This document shows, piece by piece, positions 63,401-64,000 of a stretch of DNA of 64,000 nucleotides. The notes under the pieces are model-generated. The model saw nothing but the letters and a program-made list of their open reading frames with translations. It did no database searches and was not told the DNA's origin. The stretch spans positions 26,290,001 to 26,354,000 of the forward strand of contig NC_087252.1 in assembly GCF_037042905.1 (NCBI RefSeq), written 5' to 3'. A program made the position numbers and the translations under genes. Source of the stretch: Lytechinus pictus (Eukaryota). The first letter of the stretch is position 1. Every line of letters begins with the position of its first letter.

Positions 63401-63736
63401 AGCAATCATTCACAAATTTACAATTAACTGCAAGACATACAATTGATTTGGGTCCAAAAATAAAAATCCATTTGATCACAAGTTTCTTGCAACGTCCCAT
63501 AAGTGTCATTGTCTCGGTCTTAATCTCTATCTCATCTGATACTGTCTCAGTTCCAACACTGCTCCTTAGAACGAATGACAAAAACGGAGGGTGCTCACCA
63601 TATTCACAAGCAGGGCCAAAGAAGCCCCAGAGACAGGCACATGCTGTGGGACAAGCTGGCATGCCGGTGCAATGTGGAGCATAGCGGCAGGTGCCCCCGT
63701 TCACACAATCTGGGCTACACATAGGGGATCTGGGTA
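309..63736 (-). CDS. Large multi-exon extracellular mosaic protein, partial at both ends: 35 EGF (5 cbEGF), 9 Ig and 1 Frizzled CRD; 55 exons, about 2,257 aa in the window
   Basis: Hand-spliced exons each have AG/GT boundaries, phase 1-1 and a length divisible by 3, and join into one stop-free frame with canonical EGF, Ig and FZ cysteine patterns. No signal peptide, TM segment or stop codon was found in the window. Confidence 0.9.
606..1070 (-). repeat. ~145-bp tandem repeats of the 3' part and donor of exon 1072-1227
   Basis: CCAGACTGGTCT(C/A)TGGAAACCTTGAG occurs three times below the exon, plus a short fourth copy. Confidence 0.9.
1072..1227 (-). CDS. Exon: Ig domain 9, N-half
   Basis: YVDEGIQISITPHVPRLPPVGTDLQLICEIDNPQGFQRPVWLKPNGERVIQ. 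Confidence 0.87.
1270..1549 (+). mobile_element. tRNA-derived SINE
   Basis: A box TGGCCCAGTGG, B box GGTTCGAATCC, core ACCCAGGTGAGGTAAATGGGTACC and a (TAT)n tail; related copies occur elsewhere in the window. Confidence 0.85.
1896..2210. mobile_element. Two copies of a ~150-bp MITE in inverted orientation (third copy at 49506-49655)
   Basis: 1896-2043 is a diverged reverse complement of 2053-2210 (GTTGTCAGATCTGACA core, GTTTCATC/GATGAAAC ends). Confidence 0.7.
2389..2991. mobile_element. Kolobok-like non-autonomous DNA transposon
   Basis: TTAA on both sides (2385-2388, 2992-2995); TIR AGGACAAGTCCACCCC / GGGGTGGACTTGACCT; long internal inverted arms. Confidence 0.8.
3010..3108 (-). CDS. Exon: EGF
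   Basis: TECDFPCANGGTCSNGQCICQPEFDGSFCQNR. Confidence 0.88.
3667..3765 (-). CDS. Exon: EGF
   Basis: AECVPRCENNGLCSMGMCMCTEGFGGLACEFQ; NAGNAG acceptor (3765 or 3762). Confidence 0.86.
4478..4618 (-). CDS. Exon: Ig domain 8, C-half
   Basis: GSRHLSVEEESAMTTTLVINNIIETDSGIYTCTVGEYDNEFDITIR. Confidence 0.87.
5216..5374 (-). CDS. Exon: Ig domain 8, N-half
   Basis: GNNFEITINTVTFEPPSVGDNVRLACTYIGEAGNQQPTWINPGGELIRRLDQ. Confidence 0.87.
5734..5835 (-). CDS. Exon: EGF
   Basis: PQPCNLPCQNNGHCYDGRCHCATFFTGEYCQTR. Confidence 0.88.
6365..6463 (-). CDS. Exon: EGF
   Basis: NECVPSCLNGGTCVEGVCICTEQYLGIICQEE. Confidence 0.88.
6505..6797 (+). mobile_element. 5'-truncated Deu/Nin-domain-like SINE
   Basis: GCACGTTAAGAACCCACTGAACTATTCGAATAAGAGTAGGGG resembles the DeuSINE core (recalled, not searched); (CAT)n tail. 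Confidence 0.55.
7580..7720 (-). CDS. Exon: Ig domain 7, C-half
   Basis: ASSHVFTEFVGPGSTALHIRGIQASDEGLYTCEVDMSTQTITITIE. Confidence 0.87.
7915..8125. mobile_element. MITE with CAG TSD (relatives at 7724-7883, 13421-13640, 61558-61775)
   Basis: TIR GGGGTGTTTCACAAAGATTTAAGTATGACTTA and its reverse complement, flanked by CAG. Confidence 0.75.
8520..8681 (-). CDS. Exon: Ig domain 7, N-half
   Basis: ATEYNITITTDFDRRPLIGDELMIMCEVLSDRLSYPQPAWIGPDGNIVPSLAA. Confidence 0.85.
9047..9264. repeat. ~122-bp intronic tandem duplication
   Basis: GATCTGCATTTTCATC..GTGAAGATTGGGACGATAATT..GATGACTAAAAAGTATA occurs twice. Confidence 0.8.
9548..9655 (-). CDS. Exon: EGF
   Basis: GQEVCYLPFCLNGGTCDRSICYCFPGFTGQHCESR. 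Confidence 0.88.
10427..10525 (-). CDS. Exon: EGF
   Basis: EGCYPACLNGGTCIGGECLCQYGYDGEICEIR. Confidence 0.88.
10972..11109 (-). CDS. Exon: Ig domain 6, C-half
   Basis: VSRVYSESISLSATRLIILGATESDQGIYTCRARPLSATLNITLI. Confidence 0.85.
11525..12168. repeat. Near-perfect 322-bp tandem duplication covering the 3' end of exon 12097-12261
   Basis: TCAATTTAAAACATC at 11601 and 11923; very few mismatches. Confidence 0.9.
12097..12261 (-). CDS. Exon: Ig domain 6, N-half
   Basis: GPRFNVIITSNFTVPPTPGADLIFICEMSQPDTSTSPIWYHPDGSPIISRTIGT. Confidence 0.85.
13239..13373 (-). CDS. Exon: Ig domain 5, C-half
   Basis: STFFTEAISDNTVRLVLTNIRPVDSGSYLCLLGTSFKEINITVQ. Confidence 0.88.
13799..14026. mobile_element. 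Palindromic (foldback) MITE
   Basis: AGGAATCCACTGGGCTGTCGCCAGTTTGC ... GCAAACTGGCGACACCCCAATGGATTCCT. Confidence 0.7.
14406..14558 (-). CDS. Exon: Ig domain 5, N-half
   Basis: VVEYTITIIPTPSGEIPIGSDLSFLCQVQGADVTPVWLHPEGFAIQRRSP. Confidence 0.85.
14641..14938 (+). mobile_element. tRNA-derived SINE (same family as 1270)
   Basis: Head and core near-identical to 1270-1420; (TAT)n tail. Confidence 0.85.
15255..15356 (-). CDS. Exon: EGF
   Basis: PDCLLDPCLNGGSCEGGECQCLVGFRGPRCEEP. Confidence 0.88.
15405..15815 (-). mobile_element. 3' fragment of an L2/CR1-group LINE (degraded)
   Basis: The minus strand gives KFTHITHVLKPLH and RAFIYAGPSLWNFLP*EIRDSKCVETFKIQL, motifs typical of the ORF2 C-terminus. 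Confidence 0.7.
16416..16556 (-). CDS. Exon: Ig domain 4, C-half
   Basis: VSDRIYVDQVSSNTMRLVINNVQATDEGSYFCNVGLQSAPYTLYIT. Confidence 0.88.
17155..17319 (-). CDS. Exon: Ig domain 4, N-half
   Basis: TTENVFQIVITSDYEGIVYEGLNITVLCEVQGSNLLNYPVWTGPNGQQVLPQQP. Confidence 0.83.
17610..17841 (-). mobile_element. Degenerate SINE, same family as 1270
   Basis: The reverse complement shows GGAGCATTGTGGCC...GGTTCAAATCCCAGC and the core. Confidence 0.65.
18032..18127 (-). CDS. Exon: EGF
   Basis: GCPGECLNGGECQDGSCLCPLDFTGELCETE. Confidence 0.88.
19149..19382 (-). CDS. Exon: Frizzled CRD C-part (C3-C10)
   Basis: CSANATFALCYLFYQPCDVANVMCADVCEIAQNHCHPFASRMLTVYGMTVTRNMLELCASLPDTDCIRPDPRPPPES; 8 Cys in FZ spacing. 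Confidence 0.82.
20283..20513 (-). CDS. Exon: Thr/Pro-rich linker and Frizzled CRD N-part (C1-C2)
   Basis: STIAPLTGATLPLLVITTAPPTVTPPPATPSSNSCTLIQSDICNILPYRYASFPNTFARDAEIAHLIISSLTLYFD resembles the FZ start C..I...C...PY.....PN. Confidence 0.82.
21330..21482 (-). CDS. Exon: Ig domain 3, C-half (alternative in-frame acceptor at 21497)
   Basis: SGYSVFVEELYGQGVRLTIPSMGPGFQGIYTCQFGGIINQVNVSLEITNG. Confidence 0.78.
21580..21882. mobile_element. MITE family (other copies at 26568-26870 and 46886-47180)
   Basis: TIR GCCCGTATTCTGAA, shared GTTTAAAGTTGTGGTTTAA. Confidence 0.7.
22447..22581 (-). CDS. Exon: Ig domain 3, N-half
   Basis: IIIPGQTVIERDNTVSFTCIYDANPSASPIWYGPDGTVVPAISL. Confidence 0.82.
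23243..23335 (-). CDS. Exon: EGF
   Basis: CFTPCSNGGTCVNRICECAQGFGGPSCEVS. Confidence 0.88.
24005..24097 (-). CDS. Exon: EGF
   Basis: CFPSCLNEGVCYQGRCVCQQGYEGIRCEFE. Confidence 0.88.
24195..24540. repeat. (CAT)n-like low-complexity tract; other simple tracts at 11230-11520, 14030-14390, 22080-22420 and 60480-60710
   Basis: Visible simple-sequence composition. Confidence 0.8.
24630..24734 (-). CDS. Exon: EGF
   Basis: PEMSCVQDCLNGGSCINGLCVCPDGYVGFACEIP. Confidence 0.88.
25238..25330 (-). CDS. Exon: EGF
   Basis: CLIPCASGGTCIFGQCVCPDGYHGDYCEMG. Confidence 0.88.
26042..26158 (-). CDS. Exon: EGF
   Basis: LECWPECLNGGTCFNGKCLCSANFRGERCEVPVGGLVG. Confidence 0.88.
26898..27044 (-). CDS. Exon: Ig domain 2, C-half
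   Basis: NIGSMVQQGPSVEVLSATASRLTLVNFQPQLSGNYNCSVGGEVASILL. Confidence 0.85.
27590..29740 (-). repeat. Tandem array of nine degenerate copies of the 3' end and donor of exon 29741-29908
   Basis: CCCACTTACC(A/T)ACT recurs near 27594, 27751, 27909, 28102, 28240, 28431, 29211, 29376 and 29538. Confidence 0.9.
28602..29184. mobile_element. Kolobok-like non-autonomous DNA transposon inside the exon-edge tandem array
   Basis: TTAA TSD at 28598-28601 and 29185-29188; TIR AGGAGAATGAAAC; long inverted arms. Confidence 0.82.
29741..29908 (-). CDS. Exon: Ig domain 2, N-half
   Basis: GEEYYVRLTIPSDQSPTVGGMVTVICEVVGWSPTAGLPEITWVLPSGQTIFNRQV; AAG acceptor. Confidence 0.8.
30454..30549 (-). CDS. Exon: EGF
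   Basis: DRCPACANGGYCINYKCICQYGFVGTMCQIS. Confidence 0.88.
31361..31459 (-). CDS. Exon: EGF
   Basis: PQCQEPCLNGGTCFNNICMCRSGFEGPRCGIE. Confidence 0.88.
32021..32164 (-). CDS. Exon: Ig domain 1, C-half
   Basis: PGHRIYYEPIAQNASYLIVKDLSANDRGRYVCAAGLTMRLAMTLVVY (DxGxYxC). Confidence 0.85.
33278..33436 (-). CDS. Exon: Ig domain 1, N-half
   Basis: LEAFNIHIYPNPNNDHMVGKTVGFICETNSTSMSDIPQWYDQNDMPIISRTE (B-strand Cys, C-strand Trp). Confidence 0.85.
34126..34224 (-). CDS. Exon: EGF
   Basis: PCDPPCFNGGVCLNGVCECEDGSTGQFCQHSA. Confidence 0.88.
34576..34683 (-). CDS. Exon: EGF
   Basis: AGCEQRPCQNGGTCVNGTCICHASYSGPFCSIVAI. Confidence 0.88.
35487..35579 (-). CDS. Exon: EGF
   Basis: CWPLCQNGGVCLDGLCECPYGYLGQYCQIR. 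Confidence 0.88.
36170..36262 (-). CDS. Exon: EGF
   Basis: CNPPCLNGGTCFQGNCVCPLHYSGLQCESR. Confidence 0.88.
36399..36862. mobile_element. Non-autonomous TIR element with a 7-bp TSD (P-element-like)
   Basis: TSD ACCATAA at 36392-36398 and 36863-36869; TIR CA(C/A)AGATACTACAAGGGGAAGAT. Confidence 0.75.
37160..37252 (-). CDS. Exon: EGF
   Basis: CIRPCQNGGTCNFGACVCPTGYEGIACELE. Confidence 0.88.
38784..38876 (-). CDS. Exon: EGF
   Basis: CLLPCAHGGTCVDGLCLCFAGFTGPYCEEP. Confidence 0.88.
40044..40455. mobile_element. Harbinger-like MITE
   Basis: TIR AGGCCACCGCACACCTTACGA / TCGTAAGGTGTGCGGTCGCCT; TSD imperfect. Confidence 0.65.
40510..40602 (-). CDS. Exon: EGF
   Basis: CDPPCMHDGTCVGGVCICQPGFTGKVCQDL. 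Confidence 0.88.
   Translation of the reverse strand, partial: CAIHPACMMAPVLGVCASVSQDLQEKFAKI
42638..42730 (-). CDS. Exon: EGF
   Basis: CEPACINGGVCNAGVCQCPSGFSGLYCQER. Confidence 0.88.
43155..45074. mobile_element. Kolobok-like non-autonomous element carrying a nested insertion
   Basis: TTAA TSD at 43151-43154 and 45075-45078; TIR GGATGTTCCACAGTT / AACTGTGGAACGTCC (14/15). Confidence 0.75.
43680..44668 (-). mobile_element. Helentron-associated non-autonomous element (HINE/DINE-1-like) with internal 160-180 bp tandem repeats
   Basis: Subterminal inverted repeat GTCTCACCTGCAT / ATGCAGGTGAGAC, terminal hairpin, (GCC)n microsatellite, GACCTTTGACCT repeat units; inserted in a T-run with no TSD. 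Confidence 0.7.
45200..45298 (-). CDS. Exon: EGF
   Basis: RPCDDVCRNGGFCYQGACQCGAGFTGEFCQTR. Confidence 0.88.
45636..45731 (-). CDS. Exon: EGF
   Basis: VPCIPPCVNGGQCVRGACQCPIGFIGEDCSQ. Confidence 0.88.
46358..46480 (-). CDS. Exon: calcium-binding EGF
   Basis: DFDECQAEGLQCAHRCTNLPGSYACTCPIGQRLGPDRFSCI (a different frame from the ORF track). Confidence 0.9.
47253..47375 (-). CDS. Exon: calcium-binding EGF
   Basis: DIDECASGLNRCPGACQNTYGSYRCSCPLGFQISTDGTGCI. Confidence 0.9.
47394..47751 (-). mobile_element. tRNA-derived SINE, second subfamily
   Basis: A box TGGTGTAGTGG, B box GTTCGAATCC, core GACCCAGGTGCTAAACGGGTACC. Confidence 0.8.
48393..48491 (-). CDS. Exon: EGF
   Basis: TLPCGRECVNGGTCNRGVCECAPGFTGTDCSR. 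Confidence 0.88.
48770..48895 (-). pseudogene. Decayed duplicate of cbEGF exon 48997-49116
   Basis: CTTACAAGATCTTCCATC...CCAAAGGTGCTCACGCACTGAACACTG aligns to the exon with indels. Confidence 0.65.
48997..49116 (-). CDS. Exon: calcium-binding EGF
   Basis: DVNECIVTDMSPCSVQCVNTFGSYHCTCPVGYQLGADGRS, with the last Cys codon split T|GT across the intron. Confidence 0.9.
49918..50013 (-). CDS. Exon: EGF
   Basis: GQCFPPCQNNGTCVNRRCVCPPGFQGPTCQY. Confidence 0.88.
50209..51629 (+). repeat. 5' LTR (1,421 bp)
   Basis: Direct repeat of 56800-58220 with 4 substitutions found by eye; TATATAAA at 51300 and AATAAA at 51556. Confidence 0.95.
51678..56690 (+). CDS. BEL/Pao Gag-Pol polyprotein (1,670 aa)
   Basis: Three zinc knuckles (CWHC..H..C, CFSC..H..C, CDQC..HH..LH), protease LLDSGS, RT YMDD, RNase H FSDAS, integrase H-H-C-C plus DYFGP/SDNG/E. 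The order PR-RT-RH-IN in one ORF is typical of BEL/Pao. Confidence 0.96.
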   Translation: MAERAGELKVKRRSAKGKFTRTLNQVQALIDRERSSKEVDEGFQECQKCYKDLEEKHDVYCELLDDSAYESEQAWIEDCMNNFMQVKAKVCDFLEKNSIGNISSGGVRNATQCKVQVEKPKLPRFSGDIREYQTFKSDFKHLIETRYAERDCITIMRTSLQGKPLEIIQGIGTDYLAAWEQLDIMYGDPRNLADAIISDITKFKNLKDGEDARFIEFAGLVRRSYNTLKQINKEEDMNNSHMLALIERKLTNEDRKIWLRLHRSPTLKGLMDWMSEELQTRIRATASIREGRSDNRTKQGASIHQVMNQDKGNDVVRKQDFKCWHCKSNDHWIDKCQMIIRMSQPERYDLMKANRACFSCLKRASKEHRMTTCRRRRKCDQCPSYHHPLLHSTIEKRESTVDVASIGSSETLLPILSVKVQGTKGAVIGNCLLDSGSQVTLIRTEIAKTLNLEGDPIQVVITKVGGDRETADSKLYRVKLESLDTHKVIVVQAIGLDVINDNITGVNVRELARIFHLDKLYRGSGPIDLLIGADYAKLHLGNGKPRERGHLVAKRTPLGWVVFGGKPGQKSGNVLNVQVIRNPIDLQDFWTTESMGVACPDKEVDEQKFIINACQKKGRQWLVPYPWQRNPKELPDNKVLVEKMLCATEKRLLKNAEHAKAYDNQIKEMVQMGFARKMTNEEMESYEGPVHYIPHHAVLRPEKKSTPIRIVFNSSSVFAGKCLNDFWMKGPDLLNNLFGVILRFRERSVAVCADISKMYHRVLIPESDQHVHRFLWRDLQVNRKPDTYVMQVVTFGDKPAPAMAQTALRLTAEEGRAQSPEAADVLKRDTYMDDICTSTDTIEQAKALTKDIDMILADGGFKVKGWTSNIQLKGPEANEMEKTMMESLAEEKVLGVFWDREKDEFSYRVKVDKFIDRRLTKRIILSQVARIFDPIGYTAPFVIRAKIGLQQLWENGYDWDAVLPDECQMEWKRFFQEMEELKEVTFERCLTPKEAVGKPLLCIFSDASMHAFGACAYLRWEMDGGGYMTRFVAAKSRVAPLKPLTVPRLELQAAVLASRLYKTILEELRIEIEDVILMTDSTIAISWIRGRAKTFKTFVATRVGEIQTSTDPSKWRHISGESNIADVLSRGLKASELVGSWQRGPDFLQKSASDWPDEVKVREDLPDVEKERRNEKTVLNVSQSHHLIHYERFSNWRKLVRVAALVIKFVKKLKARRQKQEKETSIEITPTELDDGEKYIIRDVQNGMESRIKKGELKSLSPFIDDYGIIRVGGRIDKAITSFEQKHPALLPYGHHVSRLITRHVHETSHSGVAATMAKIRLKYWILHGHKLAKTVKYRCTRCRVFQHKTETQQMSDLPKERLVPSTPPFHFTSCDYFGPLTVKVGRNKTSKYYGVIFTCLNTRAVHLELAVDCSTMEFIQVLRRFFSIRGQPTMIMSDNGTQFIGAERKLRKMTDGMSDNELKDFCAERGTTWKFVTPGAPHQNGCAESLVKSCKHALKRAIGDQVLSPFELYTCLVEVSNLVNQRPIGRLPTDPDDGSYISPNDMLLGRASGSVAQGPFLKTRNPRHRVELVQRIVDSFWQRWTRDVLPLLAPRRKWNVHRRNVCIGDVVMLADMNSIRSKWTIARVIEVYPGDDGKVRNVKVKTMNSEYRRPVTKLAVIYPVEGYED
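56800..58220 (+). repeat. 3' LTR (1,421 bp)
   Basis: Follows the PPT, starts TGTTTTGG, ends TATCCA; AATAAA at 58147. Confidence 0.95.
58668..58912 (-). mobile_element. Degenerate SINE related to 47394-47751
   Basis: Shares ACAAGGCGAGAGTCAGAACC and GAGAGTGGCAAAGTGTGGA. Confidence 0.7.
58944..59066 (-). CDS. Exon: calcium-binding EGF
   Basis: DVDECSNQNGGCEHICRNILGSYVCFCPLGSTVNPDGHTCS. Confidence 0.9.
59513..59787. mobile_element. MITE family (other copies at 19981-20237 and 25770-26010)
   Basis: TIR GGGCCCC..CTTACAAAGAGTT; shared internal sequence. Confidence 0.65.
59877..59972 (-). CDS. Exon: EGF
   Basis: VGCFPECMNGGVCNNSRCICPRGYTGATCFQ. Confidence 0.88.
59937..60310. repeat. ~108-bp tandem repeat built from the 5' end of exon 59877-59972 and the adjacent intron
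   Basis: CACTTCCATTCATATACATG recurs near 60046, 60154 and 60248. Confidence 0.85.
60791..60910 (-). CDS. Exon: calcium-binding EGF
   Basis: DINECLQRDLCQYQCRNTFGSYACICPAGSNLNADGVTCS. Confidence 0.9.
61433..61537 (-). CDS. Exon: EGF
   Basis: ENPEVCQPPCLNGGSCVEGRCVCQPGLTGRTCAT; ccag/gtatg. Confidence 0.88.
63599..63736 (-). CDS. Exon: EGF-like repeat with an extra Cys pair
   Basis: PRSPMCSPDCVNGGTCRYAPHCTGMPACPTACACLWGFFGPACEY; ccag/gtgag. Confidence 0.8.
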
Positions 63737-64000
63737 CTGGGAAATGATGCGTTCAGACAATCAAACTGTAAACATGCAAACTGGCTGGAACAGTATGAAC
63801 AGCTCATGAGTATACACAGTGATGAGAAATGGTGCAAATGGATAAAAGCATGTTAAAATGAAGAGCTATAAAGAATGTGAATTCAATGATATAAAAACAA
63901 TCTTCCAATCAAGTGTCTATTTCAATTAAAGATTATTGAAAATATCTTTGAAAATCTTTTTGGGAAATTTTTTATACCTACATGGTTTTTGCCCCAGTAA

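Noticed and set aside
309..63736. Naming the gene Notch, fibrillin, tenascin, hemicentin, perlecan or ROR
   Set aside because: The diagnostic domains (LNR/ankyrin, TB, FN3/FBG, VWA/G2, laminin, kringle/kinase) are not in the window and the domain order does not fit.

Overview
AT-rich animal genomic DNA. The repeat families suggest an echinoderm such as a sea urchin, but that is inference. The whole window lies inside one very large minus-strand gene whose start and end are both outside it. I traced 55 GT-AG exons by hand (about 6,771 nt, about 2,257 aa, one open frame), and every intron is phase 1. From N- to C-terminus they encode 20 EGF repeats (5 calcium-binding type), then alternating EGF clusters and Ig domains with one 10-Cys Frizzled-type CRD behind a Thr/Pro-rich linker. 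The totals are 35 EGF, 9 Ig and 1 FZ, and I do not recognise this architecture as a named gene. One intron holds a young, intact BEL/Pao LTR retrotransposon (50209-58220) with 1,421-bp LTRs, a CAGTC target-site duplication, a single 1,670-aa ORF and no canonical tRNA primer site. The introns also carry tRNA-derived SINEs, Kolobok-, Harbinger- and P-like MITEs, a Helentron-type element and an L2 fragment. Other notable patterns are repeated tandem duplication of exon edges (donor copies kept, acceptor copies usually destroyed), a MITE inserted exactly into a splice acceptor, and strong enrichment of TACATGTA. All coordinates were read by eye, and the exon calls need RNA confirmation.
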